DNA from: Mobula hypostoma
Taxonomy: Eukaryota
Assembly: GCF_963921235.1 (NCBI RefSeq)
Contig: NC_086097.1
Span: forward strand, 155,312,001-155,376,000
Length of the DNA stretch: 64,000 nucleotides
Direction of reading: 5' to 3'
Shown here: piece after piece, positions 38,451 through 51,764 of the stretch
How the letters are laid out: every line of letters starts with the position of its first letter
How positions within the stretch are numbered: position 1 is the stretch's first letter
The notes under the pieces: model-generated
Databases searched by the model: none
Seen by the model: only the letters and a program-made list of their open reading frames with translations
What the model was told of the DNA's origin: nothing
Program-made: the position numbers and the translations under genes

Positions 38451-38608
38451 CCCAGGACAGGCCATCTTTGCCCTCCAGCACACTTGGATTTATAGACATT
38501 CAGTCTTTGACTTCCTCAGCAGTCTTGAGTTGGGCTGAAGGGCCTGTTGCTATGCTGTATGACTCTAGGCTCACTACTTGTTGCATCTTAGTTTTGTGAT
38601 TGTTACAG

Positions 38609-38748
38609 CAAGTGAAGGAAAAGATCCTGATGAAGGTCAAGAGGGTGAATAACGAGAAGATTATATTGACGAGAACAACAAGGTCTTGGATGAACATGAG
38701 GCTGCTGAAATGCAGGAGGATGCAAGGAAGCAGAACATTAAAGAAGAG
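38609..38748 (+). pseudogene. PLCD1-like: PLC-delta-like pseudo-exon, end of X box and X-Y linker
   Basis: tacag|QVKEKILMKVKR, frameshift, V.DE.EAAEMQE..|gt; compare QLKGKILLKGKK..VSDEDEAAEMED of PLCD1. Confidence 0.78.
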
Positions 38749-38759
38749 GTGGAACCCCT

Positions 38760-39145
38760 CTCCCTTCCTTTGTTCACCCTCACTGAATTCCTTCTCTCCA
38801 TTCCTTGCCCACTCATTGTCTCTCTCTTCCTTGCTCATTCATTCACCCAATCACACATTTTCTGACTTGCTCCATCATCCCCTCCCTCACTCCCCCTGCT
38901 CATTCTCCCTCCTTCCCTGTCATATTAACTTCCTCCCTCACTCATTCACTCCAAACACACTCTTCCTCTTCCCTCACATATTCACTCGCTTACTCACTCA
39001 CTTACCCTTGTTGCCTCTCATATTCACTCCCTCCTTTACACACTTGTTCACTCACCTCGCCCTTCCTTGCTCGCTCCCTCGTTCATCCTCTCTACCTCCC
39101 TCCTTCCATTCATTCAGTCCGTCCCTCCTGCCTTCAGTCATTCAG
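38760..39145. repeat. CT-rich low-complexity tract
   Basis: Degenerate (CACT/CCCT/CATT)n. Confidence 0.8.
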
Positions 39146-41381
39146 GTTCTTTTATTTCCCACATGTACAAGGAAAATATGTTGTTTGTGTTAACAACCAG
39201 GGCACCAGGACAGCAGAGCAGTTAACACAACATTATTAAAGCTCGGGCATTGGATTTTGGTATTCAATCCTGGCATCCACGGTAATGTGTCCCTATACAT
39301 TCTCACTGTGGAATGCATGGATTTCCTCTGGGTCCTCTGGTGTCACATGTAGAGAAAATTAGTGTGAATGTTGTCATTTGTTTCACAACCAACACACCCA
39401 AGGATGAAAACAGAGCATGCCCACAATGTTCAGCAGAACAACACGGAACAGAACTTCCAGCAGACTCGTGGATTCCCAAACGTTCTGCCTTCGAATTCCC
39501 CAGCGGGCTCACAGAGAGTTGTCCGCGGGTTCTGGAGTCTGAGTTCTATGTTGGTAGGAGGAATGAATTCCAATAACCCCCTGAGTTCCTGAGTTGGTGA
39601 GAATGGAGTTGGACATCCAGTGTTCGCCAGTGACAAGTCCAGAGTTCAAAGCCCATTGTTTGGTGATCACCGTACCCTTGGATCAATGCGAAGGATGAAG
39701 CTGCGAGGAAGAATCGGGGTTCTGGAAGATGAGGCCTGGAACTAGGGTTCTGGAAGGTCATTTTGTTGAGATCTGTTTTCACTTTGACACGGAAGTCTTT
39801 TTCTGTTGATCAGTGTCAAAAAAGCCAAATTAGACCCACTGTGATTCAATGTTGTAAAACAATAAAACATGAAGACTTACAAAGGTGGGGGAGGGGGGTT
39901 AAATACTTTGTATACTCCAGTTTGATCTCAGTGGTTGGGAAGTTGTTGGAATCCATTGTTAAGGATGTGGATTTTGAATACTTAGAGGTACATGATAAAA
40001 TAGGTTGTAGTCAGCGTGGTTTCCTCAGAGGACAATCTTGCCTGGCAAATCGGATTTGATGGCTTTATGGCCAAGTCTGCGGACGATATGAAGGTAAGTA
40101 GAGGGGCGTGTAGTTTTGAGGAAGTAGAGGGGCTAGAAAGTGGCTGATGGAACGGTGTCCGGAAGTGTATGGTCATGTACTTCGGTAGAAGAAATAAGAG
40201 GGGACACAATTTTCTAAATGGAGGGAAGTCTGAGGCACAAAGAAACTCTCACCACTCTCTTTTGAAAAAAAAGTACTACCTCTGACATCAATCACATAAC
40301 AATATGCCCCTTCTGTTGTTGTTGTTGAACTGGGAGGTGTGGCATCTTCTGGCTCTCGTACTCCCTGCCTGATGGTAGCATTAAGGAGTGGACTTGATGG
40401 TGTCGATATTGGTCCCTGGCCTTGACCTTGAAAAGACGATTGAGAACCCTCCTTTGTGGAGCCAAATTCAACAGGTCATCACTGGGGTTGGAGGTGTGCA
40501 CCATATTCAGGGCCTTTCTCAATGACCCCTCCCATTTCACACCCCTGCTGCTATGGGGACTGACAAGTGTGAGGTAATGTATTTTGGGAGTTCAAATTGT
40601 GATAGAACTTAGAGTAAATGACACAGTCCTCAGGAGCATTGACATACAGAAGGATGTCAAGATGCAAATCCAATGCTTCCTGACACAAGTGGAGAGGATG
40701 GTGAAGAAGTCGATATGCTTGCTTTCATAGCCAAGGCATTGAGTGTAAATTCTGGCTGTCATGTTCCTGACTGGCTCTCCCATCACCTCACCCAGCATAC
40801 TTCTCTCCCTTCGGGACCACCTTCCTTCACTCCATACTCCACCCACTCAAAACACACTCGCACAATGAAATGGATACACACTCAGAAGCACAGAAACGAA
40901 TGCACACCGACAGACACCCACAAGATTCTTGACTCAAAATTGTTTAATGTTGTTTCCTGCACATAGGTGTAAAGGAGAATAAAATATTTGAAGCTCCAGA
41001 TCTGACGTAGCACAAAAAAACATAAAAAATAGAGAACATAATAATCATTAAAAATACAATAACATAAATACATTAGATTACTTATATACATAGTTTGATT
41101 GTACATCCGGAAATTGATGCTGGGCTGTCATTTTCAGGTGACTGACAAGAAATAATAAAGTAGTGGTGGAGTTAGTGAGTGGAGGTGTTGAATAGCCTGA
41201 CTGCTTGGGGAAAGTGACAGTTTTTGAGACTGGCATTTATTGAATCAAACACACACATTCAAATGGATACACACCCATAGAGATACCCATGCATTCACAC
41301 TCACACGCACACCCTGCACCCTCTTATCTGAGTCCCTGACTCTCCCAGTTCTCACACCCTCTCACTATTGCCAATTCACAG

Positions 41382-41460
41382 GAAAGAGAAGCTTCTGTAA
41401 TATGTTAACACCCCCAATTGCTGGTTATGAACGGGACTCTAACCAGCCCTGATTCCCTGG
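41382..41460 (+). pseudogene. Probable heavily decayed PLC Y-box exon
   Basis: cacag acceptor; gctggttat-gaacgggactct-aac-cagccct can be read as AGYRTDS.N.SP with small indels; located just before the next Y-box exon. Confidence 0.45.
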
Positions 41461-41544
41461 ATACCCACCCAGAGTTTGCCTGTACATTCCCCATCCCTCC
41501 CCAACCACCCTTGCCTAATAGCAATACAGTTCCTGATCGGTTCA

Positions 41545-41667
41545 TAGACATAGAGACATAGAAAATAGGTGCAGGAGTAGGCCATTCGGCCCTTCGAGCC
41601 TGCACCGCCATTTATTATGATCATGGCTGATCATCCAACTCAGAACCCCGCCCCAGCCTTCCCTCCA
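41545..41667 (-). mobile_element. Short CR1 3' end
   Basis: gaagggccgaatggcctactcctgcacc hairpin with (ATGTCT)n-type tail. Confidence 0.85.
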
Positions 41668-41996
41668 GCATGTACAACTTCAAGGAGCTTTATTTGGGCG
41701 ATTGTTCAGGCCCAAACTATCTGGTACGATGCAGAACAGTAACCCAGGTTACTGTTTCATTGTATTGGAATCACCACAGATATCAACACCCTCATTACTT
41801 AGAGGTGGTAATGAAATGAGTTTTTAAATATTTTCTCATTTTCTCTCTCTCAATGACATAGACACACATTCCCTCCTTTCATTCAATTGCCCATCCCTCC
41901 TTTTCTTCTCCCGCTCCCACTCTTTGTCCTCCCCACACTCCCGCTGGTTCTTCTCCCCACCCTCCTCCTCCTGCCCTCCTTCCACAATGCCTGCAG

Positions 41997-42174
41997 TGGC
42001 CCTCAACTTTCAGACCGCTGGGCAGGAGATGGGCATCTGCCAGAGTAAATTTCGAGACAATGGTTTCACTGGTTATAACCTGAAGCCATAGTACCTGAGG
42101 GAGAGAAAGACAAAATTTGACTCAAAGAACATCCAGACGGGACCCTGGCTGAACCGAAAGAAACAGTACGTGTG
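41997..42174 (+). pseudogene. PLCD1-like: PLC-delta-like pseudo-exon, Y box
   Basis: ctgcag|(V)ALNFQTAGQEM..Q.KFRDNGFTGYNLKP*YLR..F....GPW..RK|gtaaga; TAG at 42089-42091. Confidence 0.92.
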
Positions 42175-42479
42175 GTAAGAGCAGGAAATGGATAAACTCT
42201 GAGTGTTTGAATATTGATTGATGAATATTTCTGAATATTGGTGATGAACATTGATCATTGCACTTTTGATGGCGTCAACTGAGAAACTTCATGACTGAAC
42301 CTCAAGTGCTGGAAATCATTGTCTGTATTTTGTCCAGAAGTTAATTAGCCTGTAAATAGGCAGAGTTTTGCTCTAATCTCAGACAAACGTATCTTCATTT
42401 TCAAGTACTATTAGCTTCACTGCAGTGGGAAGGGATTTCTAACCTGGGACTTTCATACCATTCAAGAAAACTACACAAA

Positions 42480-43630
42480 CATGAAAAAAAATCTACAACT
42501 GCTGGGAATCCAAAGCAACTCACACAAAATGCTGGCGGACTCAGCAGGCCAGGCAGCATCTAGCGAAAAAGTAAACAGTCGGTGTTTCAGCCCAAGACCC
42601 TTCTTCAGGACTGAGAGGGAAGGGAGGAGATGTCTGAATTTAAAGGTGGGGGTTAGATGAAAGGGGCTAGCTGGAAGGTGATAGATAAAGCTGGGTGGGA
42701 GGGAAAGGACAAGGGCTGGAGAAGGAAAATCTGATAGGAGAGGAGAGTGGACATTAGAAAAGGAAGAAAGAGGGGACCCAGGGGAAGCAACAGGCAGGTG
42801 AGAAGAAACAAAAGATCAGAGTGGGGAATAGTGAAGTCGCAGTTGTGGCGGGGGGGGGCCTTTGTTCAACAGAGGAGAAATCAGCGTTCATACCATCAGG
42901 CTGGAGGGTACCCCAATGGAATATAAGATGATGGTTCTCATGCCAACGGTGGCCCCATCTTGAAGAGACCATGGATCAACATGTTGGAAAGGGAATGGGA
43001 ATGAGGATTAAAATATTTGGCCACTGTGAAGTCCCACTTGTGATGGATGGTGCAGCGATACTCAATGAGGCAGTCCCCTAATTTATGACAGGTCTCACCA
43101 ACGTAGAGGAGGCTGCATCAGGAGTGCCGGACGCAATAGACAACCCCAGCAGATATGCAGGTGAGGTGTTGCCTCACCTGGAAGGACTGTTTGTGGACCT
43201 GAATGGAGGTGATGGAGGAGGTGTACGGGCAGATGTAGCACTTATGCCACTTGCAGGATTAGGTGCCGGGAGGGATGAATGGGCAAGGGAATCGCAGAGG
43301 GAACAATCCCTGTGGAAAGCAGAAGGGAAGGAGGAAAAGATATGTTTAGTGGTATGGTCCCTTTGAAGATAGCGGATGTTGTGGAGGATAATGTGTTGGA
43401 TGTGAAGGCTGAATTGATGGTAGGTAAGGACTAAAGGGACTCTATCACTAATATGACAGTGGGGAGATGGGCTAAGTGCTAAAGTATGGAAATGGATGCA
43501 ATGCGGCGAGGACACAATCAATAGTAGAGGGAGGAAGACCACATTCTTCAAAGAATTAGGACATTTTTGATCCTCAGGAATGGAAAGCAGCATCTTGAAA
43601 GTAGATGAGGTGGAGGTGAGGAAACTGACA
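42480..43630 (-). mobile_element. Penelope-like element: ORF C-terminus (GIY-YIG region) and terminal repeat
   Basis: DRVPLVLTYH..HIIL, AFHRDCSL.DSL, HLIF..GTLQPDGMN.DFS; terminus ggaactcagcaggccaggcagcatc is dispersed elsewhere in the window (e.g. 16750, 34735, 35170, 36720, 50980, 63260). Confidence 0.85.
42576..42613 (-). ncRNA. Decayed minimal type I hammerhead ribozyme in the Penelope terminus
   Basis: CAGUC-CUGAAGA-A-GGGUCUUGGGCU-GAAAC-ACC-GACUG; stem I perfect, cleavage triplet mutated. Confidence 0.7.
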
Positions 43631-43709
43631 AAAGGAAATAAAACTTATTTCAATGGCTCATCTGAAAGGCAAGATTTCATTGGTGTGGTAGTGCCTTGGG
43701 ACTACTCTC

Positions 43710-44060
43710 AATCATAGAATTATAGAATCCCAGAGCACTGCAATGCAGAAATAGCCCTTTGACACATTTAGTCCATGCTGACCTGATGTTCTGCCAAGTT
43801 CCATCTACCTGCACCCAGACGATAGGCTTACAAACCCTTCTCATCCATGTACCTATGTAACTTCTCATAAACGTTACAATTGAACACGCATCTGCAACTT
43901 CACACTCGCACAGTGAAGAAATTGTCACTCAGGTTCCTTTGCATATTCCAGCTTTCACCCAAAACCTACGATGTCTAGTTTTAGTCTCAGCGAACCTGAG
44001 GGGAAAAGCCTACATTCACTCCATCGAAACACTTCATAATGTTAACTACCTCTATAACAC
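43710..44060 (-). mobile_element. Old CR1 3' fragment
   Basis: atcatagaattatagaat tail and CR1-like 3' hairpin. Confidence 0.7.
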
Positions 44061-45654
44061 TTCCCCTCAATCAATAGAATATGTTTTGTTGTCATTGAAA
44101 ACAAAAATATTTGAGAAAAAATAATCCATTGAGCCGACTGATAGTGTGTAGAAATGTGCAGCGTCTTTGGGATTTGGGAAGGAACAGTTCAAAGGTTCAT
44201 CTGACCAACAGAAAATGTGGGGGGGGGGGAAGATGTGATGAATATGCCAGTATAAATGTGATGGAAGTGAACGGCTTCCCTCTATTTCACAAGAAAATGT
44301 GAGAAAGCTGGTATTGGTAAAAACTTTTATGTTCCAGATAATGAAGTAAAGTACAATCATCATTATGGTTTAAGAAGAATATGGTAGGTTGGTGTAAGAA
44401 AAATGCAATCATAATACTGAACCAACTCCCTGGCTAAGATCAACCGTACAGTACAGGCCCATAGTCAAGCTAAACCAAATAACTCATTTCCACATTGCAT
44501 GGTCTACTGAACAGCTCAGTCACTGGGGAATCTGATCGGCAGGTCCTCTTCGCAGCTTGTGACGGAAGCAGCTTTTCTTGAACATGTTTTTTAATTATCC
44601 AAAAGAAATATTTATGCATGAAGATGGTAGCCTGCGGAAATTCTGCCAGTCCCCATCCTCCAGCAATTACCATGTTTTACATTCAATGCCAGTATGAACA
44701 AACTGTGATATATTCCTATGAGGAACTTCAATTATTTCAGGCAAGATCAGGAGCTAACTACTTGGGCAACATGGAGCGATCTGCAGGAAGCATTTACTGG
44801 ATAGAGTCATCCTCGCTGCTGTTTGATGGTGAGCCATTACGTGAGATTCAGCAAGTGCCAATGAACAGACAGAGGAAAGTGCAGATCCTACTGCTCGGTG
44901 GAAGGTGACATGAGAAATGACTGTGATGCGTGAACAGATGTGAAGTCAGGAAGCTTTTATACTTTCTCTTTTTCCTTTGCAGCTGTCAGTTCCATTGACA
45001 AGTTCACATTGGAAAAGCAGCACTTTCACCCTTTTCTTAAAATAGCCAAACCCATTCCTTCAAAGTGACATAATGTTATCAACTCTTGCACTGAATGTTT
45101 AATTCTGATAATGGCAGAGCGTCCGCTGGGATCATTGAAGCCTGACACTGCCATGTAGTATTTTTATTAATATGGCATCAGCTGTTTGTTTATTCTTTAT
45201 TATCTCATTCCATAAATATTTCCTGCTCCTTCAGGGAAGAAAGTAGGGATAGACCAGATTATATCTTTGGTTTAATTTTCACTTCTTTTGTCTGCCTAAG
45301 AAGTTCCAGAAGGATTAAATAGAATTGCCTGAGGCTTTTGCTGTCATTCAGTGCTTCCCAACAAAATAAAAGAAGCTGAAAATCTGAAAATGAGCAGAGG
45401 ATGCTGAAAACACATTTTTGTCATTTGTGTCTTTAAGTTATTACCACTTCGTGCATTGCACAAAATTGCTGCAGCAAATCTCTGGCTCAGTGGAATAAGA
45501 AAATTGTAGTTTCAAACTTTATTCCAAGGCAGAAAGGAATTAAAGAACTTCATATCGGTTGTGGGTGAGAGGCACGAGTTAGTTGGCAATGTCACAATGT
45601 ACCAATAGGACATCATAGCAATAAGAAAATTTGTCCTACAATTCTCATCCTGGT

Positions 45655-45850
45655 ACCACAATATAAAACCTGATTAACCATAGTGTAATATTCTGATTCC
45701 CACAGTATGATCTCTGTTCACCAGAAGGTACCCTCTGATTCACCACCGTAACATCTGATTCACCACAGTGTAGTCTCTGATCCATCACAGTATAACCTCT
45801 GATTCGCTGTCGTGGAATACCTGATTCACCATAGTATAATATCTGATTTA
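45655..45850. repeat. ~22-bp minisatellite, about 9 degenerate copies
   Basis: Consensus CTGATTCACCACAGTATAA(C/T)(A/C)T. Confidence 0.85.
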
Positions 45851-48800
45851 CGACAAATCGTGCAACAGGAAATCCAATTTCAACATAAAGATATTAATCA
45901 CATGGCTTTGAAGAGATGAATTTATTTGGGTGAACAAGTCAGATGTTTCCAATATTAATTTAAACTCAATATCTGCCGCATTTTAAATGACATGAAAAAG
46001 CTCAAAAATGCAATCAGTCATTGCTGCAGGTGTTGGACATCAGGGAGGTCAGTTAAATGAAGTACAAATTGAGGTCTTATCAACAAATTAATTTAATTTA
46101 CTTGTTTAAGGGATGCACACATTGCTGTAAAAGCAGACAATCATTGCCCAATCTTGATTGTCTACTTGATTATTTCAGACGGTGACTTAGAGCCAATCAA
46201 ATTAGTGAATCAAAGTCAGTTACAGACCAGAACAGGTAGAATGGCATATCCCATTTCTCAAAGGAGATCAGTGAACCACATGAGTATTTGAGTTCATGCA
46301 TTAATGAATGTTGTACTGTGAGCATTTTGCCATAACCAGAAGATGGAGGAGTCACCAAAATAAATTTTCAGACATCCTTACTTAAAAAAATCATAACTTT
46401 TTTTAAAATTATATGCTTGAGAGCACAAACCACATATGGAGGCCAGTGGCAGAAGATACCTGTGCTGTGAATGTGTGACCCACAGCACTTCTCAGAACTT
46501 CAGGACTTCTACCCTCACTCGAGAGTTCCCAAAGTCTGCATGACAATTAATCATTCCAAACAGAACTGTTGTTTTTGTTATGAAGAAGGCTCCATTGCAG
46601 AAAGAACAGCACAAGCTCTCTTTCAGAAAAGTATTGGATGACAATTAATTTTTTTTTATTTTGATGACGATGCTTATCAGAGAGACAGATTTGTGAAATT
46701 AGACCTATTAACTTCTTTTGTTTTGAAGGATCCAGCTGCAGGAATAAATTAATGGCCAGAGCAAGAACTCTTGCTGAATCCTCTACCATTTTGTAGCCAA
46801 TCAGAGATGCTGTGTAACTCTATTCAGTTCTCTATCGGAGACATATCTTTCCACTGTGTAAGAGCTGAACTTGTCATTGTGCTGTTGAGGTTGATAGCCT
46901 ATACACCATCAGTGACAATGTCTCAGTTGCTCTTTACTTCATTTGAGAGGAGAATGATCTCCCAGAGATCTGTTAGAGCTCACTGAATTACTTTATTGCT
47001 GAACAAAAGCAGGCTTCAGAATAGCATTTGAGAAATTTGGCTTCAATTCAGTGTTCCATTGCTTAGCTTTCACAATTCAATTAGGGGCCTATGATAGCAA
47101 TTTACCATTCTCTGATGGGATTATCTAATCACAAGTTCTGTATATGATTGATAACCTATTTAGATACAACAAAAAGGTCCTGACATTGGAAAATTTTGGA
47201 AGCAATTGAAGTTCAGTACCACATGAATGCTGTAGTTCAAGTTACTGAAACAACTACTAAGTGCCAAATCAAGGTAAAACTCTTCTCTATCAAGAGTTTC
47301 TTGAGGACAGGACAGACTGCTTTCAGTAGTAATTAGACATTCTGTGTCCTAAATATTTACTGGATAAATTTGCAATCCCACCAAAGGTTAATTATTTTAG
47401 ATATAAATTAAAGCAGAGCTGAATTAACTGATATTTAATTGATAGTCTAGCAAATGAATCCAGTAAGCAGTTGAGTCATTTAAACTAAGAAGGTCTCTAC
47501 TAATTTCTACTGGAGAAGAACACTTAACCAATAAATCAGTGAGACTTAGAGAAATTAGAGAAACATTCAAAATTTGTACTCCGTGTAGCTTGACTGGTCA
47601 GTTGCTACCATTTGAAGTACTTCATAAGGTGTTTTTTTATTGCCCACAGCAATGGTCATTTTGAGACCAAATTCTGCTGCATTTTATATTGATATTCAGT
47701 GAAGTACAATAGTTAAAGTTTTATGACTTAAACAGAGGCCTGTAAAAAGAGTACACACATCAACAAAGATAGCTTTTCAAATTGTAACTTAAAGTGTGGA
47801 TAAAGCGGAAAGAAATAGGACTCCATCATTTAATTTGGAGCATGTTAAATTTCTCTGGCTGAGAAATCCAATTAGAGACTAAAATGAAGATAATAATGAA
47901 TATGAACAGTAATACACAAGTATATTAAGTACAAGTAGACAGATAGGGAAAGAATGGGTCTTCTTTGAGACCAAAGGAGTAAATGATATGTGGAGACGGG
48001 GAATGTGGATGAAATCCAAACTGAATACTTCTCATCAATCATCAAAAAAGAAGGATGTGGAAGCCGTTGCCTTGGGAAGGTGTATATTTATGTATATCCA
48101 AGAGCATGTCAGTATTAAGTAGATAAATATGTATTAGGTGTCAGGGAAAATTTCAATGGGAAAAATTCAATGTTAGATGAGAGGTACTGTATCTCAGTAA
48201 GTTAAGGCACATAAGGTCCAAAGTGAATGGCTATTTTGATCCAAATTTGATTTGGTAAGATGAGGCAGAAGTGGGGGTGGATGATTGCCGTTCCGATTGA
48301 CTATGCATGATCAATGCTCTGCCACATGGATCAGTACATCCCAACTCCTGTACTCATTACCGTGATTTATGAAGGGCCCTGTGCTACAAGCTGTCGTTAT
48401 GACCCCGACTACCGGTGATGCCATTTTCAAGGAATTGTGGATCTGTGTTCCCTTTCTTCTACCACACAGCTCTGTGTCCGACAGTTCACTGTGTAAATCT
48501 TATCCAGGTTTGTTCTCCCAAAGTGCAACTTCTCACGTTTGTCTGAATTAAATTCCAGCTGCCATTTTCCAGGTCGTTTTCTCAGCTGGTCCAGATTACA
48601 CTGCAAGCTTAGATAGCCTTCCTTGCTGTCCTCTATGCCCTTAGTCCTGGTATCACCTGCAATTTTGCTAATCGAGTTAGTATTGGTATTGATGACTCAG
48701 CAGCACACCACAAGTCACAGGTAAGATGGAAAGTTGAGCACAACGTTGGCAGATGGACTTTAATCTCAACAAATGTGAGGTAATGCTTTTTGGGAAGTCA

Positions 48801-49049
48801 GATAAAGTTAGGACATTTGTAATAAATGGTAAGCACTAATGACTGTTGATGAACAGAAGGACCTTTTGTTCATGTCTATCATTCCCTGAAATTGGCAACA
48901 CAAGTAGCCAAACCCTGCCTTCATAGGTTGGGGTATAGAATATAAGACTTGGAAATTCACTTTGCAACTTTACAAAGTACTTGTTAAGTTGGTTTAGAGT
49001 ATAGTGTGTAGTTCTGGTTGTCACACTGTAGGATGAATGTGATCGGAAA

Positions 49050-49405
49050 CACAGAAGACCTACAGCACAATACAGGCCCTTCAGCCCACAATGCTGTGCC
49101 GAACATGTACTTACTTTAGAAATTACCTCAGGTTACCCATAGCTCTCTGTTTTTCTAAGCTCCATGTACCTATCAAGGAGTCTCTTTAAAGACCCTATCG
49201 TATCCGCCTCCACCACCATTGCCGACAGCCCATTCTACGCACTCACTGCTCTCTGTGTAAAAAAAACTTACCCCTGACATCTCCTCTGTACTTACTTCCA
49301 AGCACCTTAAAACTGTGCCCTCTCATGCTAGCCATTTCAGCCTTGGGAAAAAGCCTCTGACTATCCACATGATCAATTATACACCTCTATCAGGTCACTG
49401 CTCAT
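49050..49405 (-). mobile_element. CR1 3' end closely similar to 20690-21060
   Basis: Long shared stretch acctacagcacaa..ggcccttc..ttagaaattacc. Confidence 0.9.
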
Positions 49406-49592
49406 CCACCTGGTTGAGCTGGTGAGAGTACCGAAGAGAATCACCATGATATTGTTTGTATTTGATTTGTCTTCTTTGTAGTGAAGGAAGCCAAGGAGTC
49501 ACCCGATAGGTATATATAAAATTATGAAAAGCCTTGATAGTATAGACTGTCAGATTCATTCTCCCATGATAGGGCTATGAAAATAAGAGGCC

Positions 49593-50452
49593 TCATTTAT
49601 AGATAAAAGAGTATTACAAAGTTTCCAAATCCTGCAGGACAAACATGGCCTAGAACATAATGACTTTTTTAGGTACCTTCAAATACGAAACTATGTTAAC
49701 CAGAGTTGTAGATATACAGACCTATCAACAGTAGAATTAGAATTTTTCAAGATTCTGAATTCGGCTTGCAGTTCAATACCTAGTAAATCAGTTTCTCGCC
49801 TATATAATGCACTCTTCCATGCTAAAAATGTAAATACACTGTATATTAAAGAGAAGTGGGAGAAAGAAGCGGGGTTGGTACTTTCAGAGGAGGCTTGGGG
49901 GAAAATCTGCAGCTTTCAATGTTCCTCGACTAATTCTTTGACTTGGAGAGAACATTGTTGGAAAAACATTATAAGATACTTCAAGACCCCATATCAGGAA
50001 AAATATAAAGATACAAATGTGATGTGTTGGAGAAGGTGCGGCTCCAAGGAGGCAAATCATTTTCATATTTTCTGGGATTGGATAATTATGTCTGCGGGCA
50101 GGAACAAGCACGAACAAATTGGGATATAAACACCTACAATGGTTGGTATATAGGCTTGTATGCAACATTTTGGACCAGTGGAAATGGTCCAGAAGGGTTG
50201 TATGGAAACTATTATTACCATTTTTCTTAACAACTAATTTCAGTACTTAGACTAATAGGTTAGATTTACCACAGTACATAATTATCTATTTAAATGTTTA
50301 TTTTCCTTTTATATCATCTCAATGTGTACTTAAGAATGTATAAATAATTGTAGTTTTATACATATAAAAAAATGGAAAAGGTTATATGTGTGAAAAAAGT
50401 ACATGATAATTGTGAATTCCTTATCCAAATAAAAATAAAATTAAAAAAAAAA
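49593..50452 (+). mobile_element. 5'-truncated L1/Tx1-type LINE 3' end with poly(A)
   Basis: 14-bp TSD GAAAATAAGAGGCC (49579-49592 / 50453-50466); FFRYLQIR, KWEKE, CWRRCG....HFHIFWD zinc finger; AATAAA and A tail. Confidence 0.9.
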
Positions 50453-51379
50453 GAAAATAAGAGGCCATTGATTTATGGTGAGATGTGGAATAGATTTTCT
50501 CCTAAAAGGATCTAAGGGAAAAATTTACTACACAGAGATTGAAATTCAGAATGCCAGAAATTTCAGAGAAGGAGGTGGAATCAGGTGCTTTTAAATGTGG
50601 TTTTGGCTTTCACATGGCAAGACAGAGAAGGATATAGAAAATTGGAATGAGTGTAGAAATGTAAAAGTTTGGCTTGGGGGAAGGTGGGTTGAGAGGCCTG
50701 TTTCTGTGCTGTATGACTCTGCATCTCTGTGCCTGGTCTGCAACTGTAGCCTTGGGCCTCATTAGATTTTCTGACTAATCACCAGTCATATCACAATCTA
50801 AGAAACACAGATGCTAGAAATCTGATCTATAAATAGAAACTGCTGTGAACTCCAAGCAAGTCAGTCAGTATCTGCTTGTATGTCTTCAAGAATTCCTGGT
50901 AAAAGCACTCAAAATCTGAAAGAATGATTTTTCCTTGATTTTGTAGTGGGATCTTACAAATGGCAAAGGACTTAAACATAAGAGATTCTGTAGATGCCGG
51001 AAATCTAGAGCAACACACACGCACCCAAAATGCCGGAGGAAGTCAGCAAGTCAGGCAATATCTTTAGAGGAGAGTAAACAGTTGACGTTTTGGGCAGAGA
51101 CCTTTGATCAGGACTGGAAAGGAAAGGGGAAGAAGCCGGAAACCATAATGGCAAAGAACATTATGATGAATCAGTTTCTTCATAGACTCACAAAATAACA
51201 GGTTCCCAAACACCCACACTGTCTTTCAATTCTCAACACCTAACATGGAATGCTGATTTCTGGTTGCTTCTTGCCTCTTCGCCAGTTGTATATCACATGC
51301 TATAAATTCTCAGAACTTTTATAGAGGACAATACTCCCATGAGTCGTATAGATTAAAACCTATCAATTGAAATGACTGG

Positions 51380-51755
51380 AGACAAAATTGAACTGAATTT
51401 ATTTTTTACATTCTTCATATACATGAGTAAAGATCTCTACATTATGTCTCCATCTAAATGTGCCGTCATAGTAATTTATAATAAATGGAACAGACAATGG
51501 AACACAGAGTACACTCAAGTCAGCGTGAGTTTATCAGTCTGATGGCCTGGAGGAAGAAGCTGGCCCAGAGCCGGTTGGTCCTGGCTTCATGCTGCGACAC
51601 AGCTTCCCGGATGGTAGCAGCTGGAATTGATTGTGGTTGGGATGGCTCGGGTCCCCAATGATCCTATGAGTCCTTTTTACACACCTATCCTTGTAAATGT
51701 CCTGAATCATGGGAAGCTCATTACTACAGATGCGCTGGGCTGTCCGCACCACCAG
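51380..51755 (-). mobile_element. Rex1/Babar-type LINE 3' end
   Basis: VVRTAQRI..LP.IQDIY..IIGDPSHP..FQLLPSGK; (TTCAA)n-type tail. Confidence 0.85.
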
Positions 51756-51764
51756 TTTTTGGAG

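Larger units (their letters stand above)
47850..50720 (+). mobile_element. Very old CR1 ORF2 remnant with nested insertions
   Basis: Scattered CR1-like segments (W.MDFN..KCEVM.FG at ~48750, 3' end at ~50690); interrupted by inverted CR1 pieces and an L1. Confidence 0.6.

Noticed and set aside
38600..39239. ORFs of 197 and 144 aa
   Set aside because: Mostly CT-rich low-complexity sequence; only the first ~15 codons belong to the PLC pseudo-exon
45655..45850. CRISPR-like periodic CTGATTCACC motif
   Set aside because: The period is ~22 bp and the intervening bases are homologous to each other, so it is a minisatellite; eukaryotic context and no cas genes
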